Made by a program: the position numbers and the translations under genes
Origin: Oscillospiraceae bacterium
GTDB lineage: Bacteria; Bacillota; Clostridia; Oscillospirales; Oscillospiraceae
Direction: 5' to 3'
NCBI GenBank assembly: GCA_017415775.1
Contig: JAFQFC010000063.1
Coordinates: forward strand, 836 to 64,835
DNA: 64,000 bases
Notes under the pieces: generated by a model
The model's input: the letters and a program-made list of their open reading frames with translations, nothing else
Database searches by the model: none
What the model was told of the DNA's origin: nothing
Part shown: positions 29,242 through 38,984 of the stretch, in pieces
Position numbering within the stretch: position 1 is the first letter of the stretch
Layout of the letters: each line of letters opens with the position of its first letter

Positions 29242-30221
29242 TCAAGACTTACGCCACGTTAGGCCTCGCCTGCTGTGAGGTGGACACCCTCAGCGAGATG
29301 CTGCGCCTGGGCCTCACCGGCTTCCGCCTGAACCTGAGCCACCGCACCCTGTCCGACTGCAAAAAGTGGACCGATGCTCTCCGCACCGCCGGAGCAGCCG
29401 TCGGCGTCCGCCCCGAACTGATCATCGACCTGCGGGGTGCCGAGCTGCGGCTGGGCGACCTGACCCGCCCCCTCCTCCTGCGTACCGGCGACACTATTCG
29501 CTTCGGCAAAATGGGCCTGCGCCTGCTGGACGACGATATTCTCGCCGCCCTGCGTCCGGGACAGACCATCCTCATCGACGACGGCGCCATGGAGCTGACG
29601 GTAGAAAGCCACGACGGCGCTACCGCCGTGTGCCGCTGTCTCCGGGGCGGCACGCTGGAAGGCAAAAAGAGCATCACCCTGCCCGGCATCGACATTCCCC
29701 GCCCCGTCGTGGGCGAGGCCGACCACGCCGATCTGGCCGTGGCACGGCAGCATGGTGTCACGGCGGTGATGCAGCCCTTTGTCCATAGCCGCACCTGTCT
29801 GGAGAAGGTGCACGAAGCCCTGCGTCAGCACGGTCTCGACGACCTGACCGTTTTTGCCAAGGTGGAAGACGCTGAGGGCGTGGCCACCGTGTCCGACTGG
29901 CTGGACCTGTGCGATGTGGTAACCATCGCCCGGGGCGACCTTGGCAGCAACCTGTGCCTTTATGACCTGCCTCGTGCGCAAAAAAAGATCGCCGCCGCCT
30001 GCCGCAGCGCCGATCAGGATTTTCTGGTGGTGACCCACCTGCTGCAAAGCATGATCCACACCCCCGTTCCCACCCGGGCGGAGGTGACAGACATCTACAA
30101 CGCCTGTCTGGACGGTGCCGCCTGCCTGATGCTCACCGGCGAAACGGCACAGGGACAGTACGGCGTGGAGGCCGTCCGTGTGCTGCTGGAAGTAGCCCGC
30201 CGCGGCGAAGCAGACCGCTGA
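29238..30221 (+). CDS. Pyruvate kinase-family protein lacking the C-terminal domain
   Basis: RLNLSH, IDDG, AKVE, ARGDLG, PTRAEVTD, MLTGETA; only 327 aa. Confidence 0.8.
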   Translation: MIKTYATLGLACCEVDTLSEMLRLGLTGFRLNLSHRTLSDCKKWTDALRTAGAAVGVRPELIIDLRGAELRLGDLTRPLLLRTGDTIRFGKMGLRLLDDDILAALRPGQTILIDDGAMELTVESHDGATAVCRCLRGGTLEGKKSITLPGIDIPRPVVGEADHADLAVARQHGVTAVMQPFVHSRTCLEKVHEALRQHGLDDLTVFAKVEDAEGVATVSDWLDLCDVVTIARGDLGSNLCLYDLPRAQKKIAAACRSADQDFLVVTHLLQSMIHTPVPTRAEVTDIYNACLDGAACLMLTGETAQGQYGVEAVRVLLEVARRGEADR

Positions 30222-30279
30222 TCCTCCCAGAAGCAAAAAAGACCGATGCCCACAGGCATCGGTCTTTTTTTGTTGAAAC

Positions 30280-30543
30280 TTATTCGCCGAAGTTGTTCTC
30301 GATCAGGTCAGCCAGAGCAGCAACAGCTTCCTGCTCATCGGCGCCGTCAGCGATCAGAGTGATGACGGTGTCCTTGGCAATGCCCAGGGACAGCACGCCC
30401 AGCAGGCTCTTGGCATTGACACGACGCTCTTCCTTCTCGACCCAGATGCCGCTCTTAAACTCGTTGGCCTTCTGGATGAAATAGGTGGCGGGGCGGGCAT
30501 GCAGACCTACCTCGTTCTTCACGGTAATTTCCTGAGTATACAT
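30280..30543 (-). CDS. ptsH: Phosphocarrier protein HPr
   Basis: GLHARPA, VNAKSLLG. Confidence 0.93.
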   Translation of the reverse strand: MYTQEITVKNEVGLHARPATYFIQKANEFKSGIWVEKEERRVNAKSLLGVLSLGIAKDTVITLIADGADEQEAVAALADLIENNFGE

Positions 30544-30713
30544 CGAACCAGTCTCCTTTATACACAGCGTTTTGCACAATGAACCAAACATTTCTTGGTA
30601 TCTCTATTATACCGAATAGATGGAAGATAATGCAATATCCAAAACCACCAAATTTTTAACTTCGCAGGGAAATTTCGCAAATTTTTTCAGCGCATCCACC
30701 AAAGTTCACAAAA

Positions 30714-33107
30714 TCATTTCAGCTCTACCACCGTTACACCGGCCTCGCCCTCGCCGTAATGGCCCAGTCGGAAGCTCTTGACGGCTTTATTGCGGCGCAG
30801 CATCTCGTGGACCGCCTTGCGCAGTGCGCCGGTTCCCTTGCCGTGGATGATGGTCACGCTGCCCAGCTTGGCCATCACAGCGCTGTCGATGTAGTTCTCC
30901 ACGATGCTCTCGGCCTCCAGCGTTTCGTAGCCCCGGATGTCCAGTTCACTGGCCGCCCGGGCGGCAATGCGCACGGCGGGTGCCGCCGAGGGCTTGGGCA
31001 CGCTTTGCTTTTTCTTCTGCTGGGCCTCCACGCCTTCCAGCAGCCGCACCTGCGCCGCCTTGGTGGTCATCTTCATCTTGCCGGCCTGCAGCAGCAGCGT
31101 GCCGTCACCGTTGACGCTCAGCACCGTGGCTGCCATCTTCACGCCGGGGATCTCCACCAGATCGCCCACCGCAAAGGGGCGGCTGGGCGTCAGCGTCGGA
31201 TCGACCGCATCTTCACGGCTGTGCAGCAGGTCCTCCGCCTCCCGCAGACTGTGGCGCACTGACGCCTTGGCATCGTTGATGGCCTGATGGCTCAGCTGCC
31301 GCTGCTGCTCCTTGCGCAGAGCGTCCAGCTCGGCAAAGATGGCCTCGCTGCGTTGGGTCGCCTCCCGGATGATCCGCTTGGCCTCAGCTTCGCCCTTGCT
31401 TTTGGCGTTGTCCTTGGCCTTTTCCATCTGCTCACGGAAGGTGCGGGCCTTGCGGGCATCCTCCTCCCGCTGGCGCCACAGTCGGTCAGCCTCACTCTGG
31501 GCCTTCTCCAGCCGCTGGCGCTTCTCCTCCAGCTGGGCCAGCACATCCTCAAACCGGACCGACTCGCTGTCCATCTGGTCCTTGGCCGCCTGAATCACCT
31601 CTTCCGGCAGACCCAGCCGCCGGGAAATGGCAAAGGCGTTGGACTTGCCGGGAATACCGATCAGCAGCCGGTAGGTGGGCCGCAGCGTCTGGACGTCGAA
31701 CTCGCAACTGGCGTTCTCCACCCCCGCCGTAGTCATGGCGAAGGTCTTCAGCTCTGCATAGTGGGTGGTGGCCGCCGTCAGCGCACCGCAGCTGCGGGCG
31801 TGCTGAATGATGGCGATGGCCAGCGCCGCACCCTCGATGGGGTCGGTACCGGCGCCCAGCTCATCGAAGAGGATCAGGCTCTTCTCGTCCGCCTCCTGCA
31901 GGATCTGCACCGTGTTGGACATGTGGGCCGAGAAGGTGGAGAGGCTTTGCTCGATGCTCTGCTCGTCACCTACGTCGGCCAGGATCCGCTCAAACACCCG
32001 CACAGCGCTGCCGTCGTCAGCAGGAATGTGGAGGCCGCACTGGGCCATCAGACACAGCAGGCCCAGGGTCTTCAGCGTTACCGTCTTACCGCCGGTGTTG
32101 GGGCCGGTGATCACCAGCGTGTCGAAGCTCTCGCCCAGATCCACCGTGATGGGCACCGCCTTACTGGGATCCAGCAGCGGATGACGGGCACGGCGCAGCA
32201 CCACGCCGCCTCGCCTGCGCACCTCGGGCCGGGCAGCGTTCAGCTGATAGCTCAGCTGTGCCCGGGCGAAAATGACATCAAGGTGCACTAAAATGTCGTA
32301 ATCCCACAATATATTGTTCATTTGCAGGGCGCAGTCGGCAGAGAGCTGGCGCAGAATGCGGTCGATCTCCTTGTCCTCCTTGGCCTGCAGCTCTCGCAGC
32401 TCGTTGTTGGCCTGCACCACGCCCATGGGCTCGACGAACAGCGTTGCGCCGGAGGAAGAGATGTCATGCACCAGACCGGGCAGGCTTCCCTTGTACTCCG
32501 CCTTCACCGGCACCACGAAGCGGCCGTCACGCTGGGTGATCAGGGCTTCCTGCAGCACCTTGGCGTAAGACGGGGAGGCGATGATCTTCTGCAAAATCTG
32601 GCGACCCTTGGTGGCGGCGATCCGCATCTTGCGGCGGATATCGGCCAGCTCCGCACTGGCGGTGTCGGCAATGGTTTCCTCGTCCAAAATAGCGGAGCGG
32701 ATCTTCTCCTCCAAAAACTTGTTGGTGTGGAGGGAGGCAAACAGCTGGTCAATGACCGTGGGCTCGCCCTTACGATCCAGGTCATATTCGTAGACACGGC
32801 GGCTGGCCGTCAGCACACCGGCAATGTCCAGCAGCTCCCGGGTGTTCAGCATACCGCCGTGGTCGGCCCGGGTCAGAGCCGGGGCCACATCCTTCACACC
32901 GGAGAAAGAGGGACTGCCGTGGAGACCCAGCCGCTCCTTGGCGGCATCGGTCTGGCTAAGCAGCAGCGCCACCTCGTCGGCGTCGGTGCTGGGTACAAGA
33001 CGCAGACACCGCTCCTTGGCGGCATCGCTGACGGCCTTGTGGCTCAGCATCTCCAGCACCGCCGGCAGCTCCAGCGTGCGGATGGATTTTTCAAACATTT
33101 CGCTCAT
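30714..33107 (-). CDS. mutS2: Endonuclease MutS2
   Basis: GPNTGGKT, IEQSLSTFS, DELGAGTDP, Smr IIHGKGTG. Confidence 0.95.
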   Translation of the reverse strand: MSEMFEKSIRTLELPAVLEMLSHKAVSDAAKERCLRLVPSTDADEVALLLSQTDAAKERLGLHGSPSFSGVKDVAPALTRADHGGMLNTRELLDIAGVLTASRRVYEYDLDRKGEPTVIDQLFASLHTNKFLEEKIRSAILDEETIADTASAELADIRRKMRIAATKGRQILQKIIASPSYAKVLQEALITQRDGRFVVPVKAEYKGSLPGLVHDISSSGATLFVEPMGVVQANNELRELQAKEDKEIDRILRQLSADCALQMNNILWDYDILVHLDVIFARAQLSYQLNAARPEVRRRGGVVLRRARHPLLDPSKAVPITVDLGESFDTLVITGPNTGGKTVTLKTLGLLCLMAQCGLHIPADDGSAVRVFERILADVGDEQSIEQSLSTFSAHMSNTVQILQEADEKSLILFDELGAGTDPIEGAALAIAIIQHARSCGALTAATTHYAELKTFAMTTAGVENASCEFDVQTLRPTYRLLIGIPGKSNAFAISRRLGLPEEVIQAAKDQMDSESVRFEDVLAQLEEKRQRLEKAQSEADRLWRQREEDARKARTFREQMEKAKDNAKSKGEAEAKRIIREATQRSEAIFAELDALRKEQQRQLSHQAINDAKASVRHSLREAEDLLHSREDAVDPTLTPSRPFAVGDLVEIPGVKMAATVLSVNGDGTLLLQAGKMKMTTKAAQVRLLEGVEAQQKKKQSVPKPSAAPAVRIAARAASELDIRGYETLEAESIVENYIDSAVMAKLGSVTIIHGKGTGALRKAVHEMLRRNKAVKSFRLGHYGEGEAGVTVVELK

Positions 33108-33121
33108 AAGTATCTCTTTTC

Positions 33122-33880
33122 TCACAGGTCATCGGGCAGGATGGCCTTGTAATAATCCAATGTACGGAAGCTCCGCTCCAGCTGCGCTGCCATAAAGGCC
33201 TCGGCGGCATGGCCGAGGATACGCATCTGGGGCGCATCCAGCGCAAAGCTGTAGAGCTTCTTGGGCGGGCAGTAGAGAATGTGCTGCATGGCAGCCAGCG
33301 CCCCATTGGTCAGGGGCAGTGACAGTCCCCCCGGCTCCTTGCATTGGCCGCAGTGGACGATGCCCCGCACCACATCCAGCATGGGTGCCTCCGGCTCAGG
33401 GCAGCCGCACACAGCGCAGCCGTCCGCCAGCGGCTCAAAACCGCTGAGCGCCAGCAGCCGCAGTTCAAAGGCAGCCTTCACCTGCACCGGATCTTTTTTC
33501 AGCGTTCCCAACGCATACAAAGCGTTGAGCAGCAGGGGCAGCACCTCACGGGCCTCCCCCTCGTCCGTCAGCGATTCCGTCAGCTCAGCGAAGTAGGAAG
33601 CGAGACTCAGCAGCACAAAATCCTGCCGCACACCGTCAAACAGCTCCCTGGTGGAGGCTTCGTCCAACATACACCAGTTGTTCCGCTGATAGAGGGTCAG
33701 CTCGCTGTAGGTCAGCAGCTGACTGGCAGCGGCAATGCGGCTGTTCTTGCGCCGTGCGCCCCGTGCAATGACGGCGATCTTCCCCAGATCCGGCGTCAGC
33801 ACCGTCAGGATCTTGTCCGTCTCTTTCGTCTCCGTCTCCCGCAGCACGATGCCGGAGGTCACGAGTTTTCCTGTTTGCAT
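33122..33880 (-). CDS. recO: DNA repair protein RecO
   Basis: GIVLRE...DKIL, ARGAR, CAVCG/CGQC; downstream of era. Confidence 0.93.
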   Translation of the reverse strand: MQTGKLVTSGIVLRETETKETDKILTVLTPDLGKIAVIARGARRKNSRIAAASQLLTYSELTLYQRNNWCMLDEASTRELFDGVRQDFVLLSLASYFAELTESLTDEGEAREVLPLLLNALYALGTLKKDPVQVKAAFELRLLALSGFEPLADGCAVCGCPEPEAPMLDVVRGIVHCGQCKEPGGLSLPLTNGALAAMQHILYCPPKKLYSFALDAPQMRILGHAAEAFMAAQLERSFRTLDYYKAILPDDL

Positions 33881-33969
33881 GGTGTGTCCTCCTGTTCGCT
33901 GCGGCAGAGCAGATACAGCTCCGGCGCACCTGTCTCCCAAAATGCCTGCCAGTAAACTTCCTTGTCCAT
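33859..33969 (-). CDS. YqzL-like small protein (36 aa, not in ORF track)
   Basis: MDKEVYWQAFWETGAPELYLLCRSEQEDTPCKQENS; GGAGG RBS; between era and recO. Confidence 0.65.
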   Translation of the reverse strand: MDKEVYWQAFWETGAPELYLLCRSEQEDTPCKQENS

Positions 33970-34047
33970 TGCGCCACCTCCCTGCCGTTATGGTGCGCAG
34001 GGAACAGGGCTGCTATGGATGGGAATTGTTGACGTCAATGGCGCAAA

Positions 34048-34953
34048 TTACTGCTCATCATAGCCCTGGCTTCTGATGAAATTCGCATTATCTCTCCAAT
34101 TTTCCTTCACCTTCACCCAAGTCTCCATGTAAACCTTGGTGCCCATGAAGCGCTCGATGTCACGGCGGGCCAGAGAAGAGATCTTCTTCATCATTTCGCC
34201 GCCCTTACCGATGATAATGCCCTTGTGGCTGCCCTTTTCGCAATAAATGGTCACATCCAGATCGATGATGCCGGTGTCTACCCGCTCGGTGAAGCGGGTC
34301 ACCTCCACGGCCGTACCGTGGGGGATCTCCTTATCCAGGCAGTGCAGCATCTTCTCCCGCACGATCTCGGCGCAGACCTGGGCATCGGGCTGATCGGTGG
34401 TCATGCCGTCGGGGAACAGCTGGGGGCCTTCCTGGGCATACTTGGAAAGCTGCTCCATCAGCTCTTCCAGACCGTCACCGGTGCGGGCGGAGATGGGAAT
34501 GATGGCCTCAAAACCGTTGTAATACTGGCTGTAGGCAGCGATGACCTCCAGCAGTTCTTCCTTTTTCTCCACCGTGTCCACCTTGTTGATGCACAAAATG
34601 GCGGGGATGCCTTCTTCCTGGAAGCGCTGGATCAGGATCTTCTCCGGCTCACCCACATGGGCGATGGGCTCCACCAGCAGCAGTGCGGCCTCCACATCGG
34701 CCAGACTCTCACGCACCACCTTGACCATGTAGTCGCCCAGACGGGAACGGGGCTTGTGCAGACCGGGGGTGTCCAGCAGCACATACTGGGTATCGCCGTG
34801 GTTCACCACGCCGTAAATGCGGTTGCGGGTGGTCTGGGGCTTGTTGGACACGATGGCGATCTTCTCGCCCACCAGTGCGTTGGTCAGGCTGGACTTACCC
34901 ACGTTGGGGCGGCCGCAGACGGTGATCATTGCGGTTTTGGTAATGTTGTTCAT
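34048..34953 (-). CDS. era: GTPase Era
   Basis: GRPNVGKS, QTTR, DTPG, NKVD, KH IIIGKGG. Confidence 0.97.
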   Translation of the reverse strand: MNNITKTAMITVCGRPNVGKSSLTNALVGEKIAIVSNKPQTTRNRIYGVVNHGDTQYVLLDTPGLHKPRSRLGDYMVKVVRESLADVEAALLLVEPIAHVGEPEKILIQRFQEEGIPAILCINKVDTVEKKEELLEVIAAYSQYYNGFEAIIPISARTGDGLEELMEQLSKYAQEGPQLFPDGMTTDQPDAQVCAEIVREKMLHCLDKEIPHGTAVEVTRFTERVDTGIIDLDVTIYCEKGSHKGIIIGKGGEMMKKISSLARRDIERFMGTKVYMETWVKVKENWRDNANFIRSQGYDEQ

Positions 34954-34990
34954 AGTAGATGATCCTCAACTTTCTTTGAGCAATCTTGAT

Positions 34991-35479
34991 TTATCGTTCT
35001 AATTTCAGTGTAGACATGATTTCTTCTTCTCTGCTGCGCATCTGGCGCTTCATCTCGCCCTCGTCCAGATGATCGTAGCCCAGCAGGTGCAGCACCGAAT
35101 GGACGCAGAGATAGCAGATCTCCCGGTCAAAGCTGTGGCCGTACTCCTGGGCCTGGGCCTGGGCCCGCTCCACGCTGATGCACATATCCCCCAGCGGCAC
35201 GAGGCCGGTGTCGGGGTCGGCATCGGTTTCGTCGGGATGCTCGCCGGGGACAAGATCAAACATGGGGAAGCTCAGCACGTCGGTGGCCCGGTCAATGTCA
35301 CGCATGTCCCGGTTCACTTCCCGGATACCCTCGTCATCGGTGAGGAGGATATTGACCTCGCAGTCGCACGCCACGCCCTCGGCAGACAGCGCCGCCTTCA
35401 CGGTGCGGCGCAGCATGGCCGCCAGCTTGGGATTGTTGATGCCCTTTTTCTCACCGGTCACGGAAATTTTGTGGCTCAT
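34991..35479 (-). CDS. ybeY: rRNA maturation RNase YbeY
   Basis: TDVLSFP, HSVLHLLGYDH. Confidence 0.95.
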   Translation of the reverse strand: MSHKISVTGEKKGINNPKLAAMLRRTVKAALSAEGVACDCEVNILLTDDEGIREVNRDMRDIDRATDVLSFPMFDLVPGEHPDETDADPDTGLVPLGDMCISVERAQAQAQEYGHSFDREICYLCVHSVLHLLGYDHLDEGEMKRQMRSREEEIMSTLKLER

Positions 35480-36450
35480 TTCTTTGCCCCTCCCTTGCGG
35501 TCTTCATACTTGGCATAGGCCTCAATGATGCGCTGCACCATGACATGACGCACCACGTCCTGCTGGGAAAGCTGGCAGATGCCCACGCCTTCCACGCCCT
35601 GCAGCACCTTCATGGCCTCCTTGAGGCCGCTGGGCTTGTCCCCGGGCAGGTCGATCTGGGTGATATCGCCGGTGATGACCACCTTGGAGCCAAAGCCCAT
35701 ACGGGTCAGGAACATCTTCATCTGCTCACGGCTGGTGTTCTGGGCCTCATCGAGGATGATGAAGCTGTCATCCAGCGTGCGGCCACGCATATAGGCAAGG
35801 GGCGCCACCTCGATGTTGCCCCGTTCCAGATACTTCTGGTACGTCTCGGCGCCCAGCATATCGAAGAGGGCATCGTACAGAGGCCGCAGGTAGGGGTCCA
35901 CCTTGCTCTGCAGGTCGCCGGGCAGGAAGCCCAACCGCTCACCGGCCTCCACGGCGGGACGGGTCAGGATGATGCGGTTGATCTGCTTGTCCCGGAAGGC
36001 GGCCACCGCCGCAGCCACCGCCAGATACGTTTTACCCGTACCTGCAGGGCCCACACCGATGGTCACCGTGTTTTGCATGACGCTGTCCACATACTGTTTC
36101 TGGCCGATGGTCTTGGGTTTGACAGGCCGGCCCTTGGAGGTGATGCAGATCACATCCTGGGTCAGCTCCGCCACCCGCTCGCTCTGGCCGCTGCGGCACA
36201 GGCCGATCACATAGCGCACATGCTGGGCGTTGATGGCCTCGCCTCGGGCGCTGAGGGTCAGCAGCGCCTCCACCGCCTTGGTGGCCAGCATCACATTCTC
36301 CACATCGCCGGAGATCACCAGCTCGCCGCCCCGGTTCACCACCGTGACATGCAGCTCCGACTCCAGAAGGCGGATATTCTCGTCAAAGGATCCAAACAGA
36401 TTGATGGCTTCCTCCATGCGTTCCATACTGATGCGCTGTTCCATATGCAT
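35476..36450 (-). CDS. phoH: PhoH-family protein
   Basis: GPAGTGKT, RPAVEAGERLGFLPG, DEAQN. Confidence 0.93.
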   Translation of the reverse strand: MHMEQRISMERMEEAINLFGSFDENIRLLESELHVTVVNRGGELVISGDVENVMLATKAVEALLTLSARGEAINAQHVRYVIGLCRSGQSERVAELTQDVICITSKGRPVKPKTIGQKQYVDSVMQNTVTIGVGPAGTGKTYLAVAAAVAAFRDKQINRIILTRPAVEAGERLGFLPGDLQSKVDPYLRPLYDALFDMLGAETYQKYLERGNIEVAPLAYMRGRTLDDSFIILDEAQNTSREQMKMFLTRMGFGSKVVITGDITQIDLPGDKPSGLKEAMKVLQGVEGVGICQLSQQDVVRHVMVQRIIEAYAKYEDRKGGAKK

Positions 36451-36472
36451 CCTTCTCTCCTGCGTTAAAAAT

Positions 36473-37660
36473 CTATTCCCGGGGCAGCACCACCTGCTGT
36501 CCGATCTGCTCAAGACACTCGGCCTTCAGCGTGACCAGCAGCCAGCCGCCCTTCCGGGCGGACGCAAAGCGGGTGTCGACCACCGTGCCGTCCTCCGTCA
36601 TCTGCGTTTCCAGCAGCGCCAAAAGCGCCGCCTCGCCCTCGGTCCGGGCTTCCGCCTCGGTGCGCTCCGTCTCTTGGGCCTGATAGCGCACGGTTTTCTC
36701 CGTTACCACGGTCATAGGCAGGCGAAAGCCGCCGGGCAGGCATACTGCTCCATAATGCAGTATTTTACCACAATCAGCCGGCAACATGCTACCCTTTGCC
36801 AGCAAATTTATTTGTTTTTTCCCGATGTCCAGCCAGATGCGGGTGGTCTCCCCTTCCTGCTGCACCAGCTTTGCCGTCTGCAGCGGCACCAGCACCGACA
36901 GATCGTACCATGTGCGGGCCCAGACCTGCCCCATGCCGTGTACCATCCGCACCCCCTGCCGCTCCGTATCCACCACGCCGGAGATCAGCAGCTGCCCTTC
37001 TGTTACGGTGCTGCCCCGGGTCACCTGCGCCTTGCCATCCAGCGGTCGGATCTCCGTCACCAACCCGGACCGCAGGGCCACCACGTTGGTGATCTCATCC
37101 TCCTGCACCGTCCGGGGCGGCCGCTGCCGCTCCAGCACCTGCACATGGGCGGTGCAGCCCTTCACATTCACCACCAGCCACGACAGATCGGGCAGTTCCA
37201 GCAGTACCTGATTGCGGATGGCCTTCTGGTCCAGCTCCAGTCCCACCGAACCTACGGTGATGCTGCAGTTTTCCAGTGCCCGCAAGATCGCCTCCTCCGG
37301 CACCGTTTCGTTGCCGCTCACCCGAAAATCCCAGATGAAAATGTTGCCGCACAAGCTCAGCAACAGCAGCAAAAGAGCGCCCGCCATCAGGGCGTAGCGT
37401 CGTTTCCCCCGATGCAGAAGGATCGGGGCGCCCCGCTCCTCCTGCGTCGTGATGGTGCACTCCGCTTCCTCCGTGATCTGCCGCAGCAGCGGCAGGCTGT
37501 GCCGGGTAGTGCGGACAGTAAACACCGTTTCGCTCTCCCATTGCAGCCCCCAAAAGGGAACGCCGTGGGCGGCGCAGAGATTGATCACCCGCTCCGGATA
37601 GGAACTTTCCACACGCAAACGGGCGCTGCCTCGCAGGTAATTGACGGTTTTTCTGTACAT
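36473..37660 (-). CDS. yqfD: Sporulation protein YqfD
   Basis: PERVINLC, single TM, GQLLISG, ECLEQIG; synteny with phoH. Confidence 0.85.
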   Translation of the reverse strand: MYRKTVNYLRGSARLRVESSYPERVINLCAAHGVPFWGLQWESETVFTVRTTRHSLPLLRQITEEAECTITTQEERGAPILLHRGKRRYALMAGALLLLLLSLCGNIFIWDFRVSGNETVPEEAILRALENCSITVGSVGLELDQKAIRNQVLLELPDLSWLVVNVKGCTAHVQVLERQRPPRTVQEDEITNVVALRSGLVTEIRPLDGKAQVTRGSTVTEGQLLISGVVDTERQGVRMVHGMGQVWARTWYDLSVLVPLQTAKLVQQEGETTRIWLDIGKKQINLLAKGSMLPADCGKILHYGAVCLPGGFRLPMTVVTEKTVRYQAQETERTEAEARTEGEAALLALLETQMTEDGTVVDTRFASARKGGWLLVTLKAECLEQIGQQVVLPRE

Positions 37661-37941
37661 TATACTACCAGCTCCACCTTTTCGATCATACCACCCAGAC
37701 GCAGTTCCTTCTCCGTCATGGCCAGCAGCTGCAGCTCGTGTCCGCTGACACGCACCACGAAATCACCGGCGGCGATCTCCACCGCTTCGGTGCTGTAGGA
37801 CAGCACGCCCTTGTGCTGCGCCATGAAAAACCGGCTTTGGCCTGTCAGCTCCATGTGTGCCACACCCGGCGTCAGTTCGCCCGGCAAATCCAACCGTTCC
37901 ATCGCTTCCAGCCCCAGCTGGGTCAAATTCCGCCGTTTCAT
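37660..37941 (-). CDS. yqfC: YabP/YqfC-family sporulation protein
   Basis: LDLP...HKGVLSY; directly upstream of yqfD. Confidence 0.8.
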   Translation of the reverse strand: MKRRNLTQLGLEAMERLDLPGELTPGVAHMELTGQSRFFMAQHKGVLSYSTEAVEIAAGDFVVRVSGHELQLLAMTEKELRLGGMIEKVELVV

Positions 37942-38042
37942 CGCCCACCTCCCGCAAAGAATCTATGCGGTGCAGGAAAAAAACTTGCCTGCCGGGCATG
38001 GCAGGCAGCCACTTGTCATACCTTTGGACAGGAGGTGATGCG

Positions 38043-38936
38043 GTGAAATCCCGCTTGACGACCACAGCCATTCTGCTGCTCATGGCCGCTTTGCTGGCAG
38101 CGTCCCGACAGTCCGCCGCCGCTGTAGAGCAGGGGCTGCGGCTGTGTGCCGAAACGGTGATCCCGGCTCTTTTCCCCTTCCTTGTCCTGTCTGCGCTGCT
38201 GGTGGAGCTGGGCGGCATCTCCTCCATTGCGCCGCCGCTGCAGTTCCTTGCAGCCCGACTCTTCGGCTGCAGCGCCGCAGGCGCCGGTGTTTTCTTGCTG
38301 TCACTTGCCGGCGGCTATCCCACGGGGCCACGGCTCATCGCCCAGCTGTACACCTCCGGTCAGCTTTCCCGGCAGGAAGCGGAGCATCTGCTGCGCTTCA
38401 GCAACAACGCAGGCCCCGCCTTCATTCTGGGCCTGGTGGGCCTGGGACGGTTTGGCAGTCTGCGCATGGGGCTGGCACTCTGGATCATCCACGCAGTCTC
38501 TGCCGGGCTGGTGGCCCTGCTGCTGCGTCCCCGGTGTCCCTTCACCGCTCCGGCGTCCCCACCACCGCAAACGTCCTTTCCGCAGGCGCTGGTCAGTGCT
38601 GTCGGGGGTGCGGGCAGCACTGCGGTGCAGCTGTGCGCCTTCGTCACTTTCTTCTGCACACTGCTGCAGCTGGCCGCCGACCATCTCGGCATCGTCCATC
38701 CGCTGGCGCTGGGCTTTGTGGAATTGACGCAAGGTATCCTGGCTCTGCCGGCCACACCCGCCGGGTTCGTCATGGCCGCAGCGCTGCTGGGCTGGGGCGG
38801 GCTGAGTGTACACTGCCAGAGCGCTGCGCTGCTGGCCGGAACAGGCCTCTCCCTTGGAAAATACCTGCCCGGCAAGCTCCTGCACGGGATCATTGCCTCG
38901 TTTTTTTCCATTATTTATCTTTTTTTCTCGTTTTAG
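38043..38936 (+). CDS. ylbJ: Sporulation integral membrane protein YlbJ-like (GTG start)
   Basis: VIPALFPF, GGYPTG, NNAGPAF, GWGGLSVHCQ. Confidence 0.8.
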   Translation: MKSRLTTTAILLLMAALLAASRQSAAAVEQGLRLCAETVIPALFPFLVLSALLVELGGISSIAPPLQFLAARLFGCSAAGAGVFLLSLAGGYPTGPRLIAQLYTSGQLSRQEAEHLLRFSNNAGPAFILGLVGLGRFGSLRMGLALWIIHAVSAGLVALLLRPRCPFTAPASPPPQTSFPQALVSAVGGAGSTAVQLCAFVTFFCTLLQLAADHLGIVHPLALGFVELTQGILALPATPAGFVMAAALLGWGGLSVHCQSAALLAGTGLSLGKYLPGKLLHGIIASFFSIIYLFFSF

Positions 38937-38984
38937 CGGCAAAAAAAGACCGCCATACGGCGGTCTTTTTCATTTTTTGCAGCG

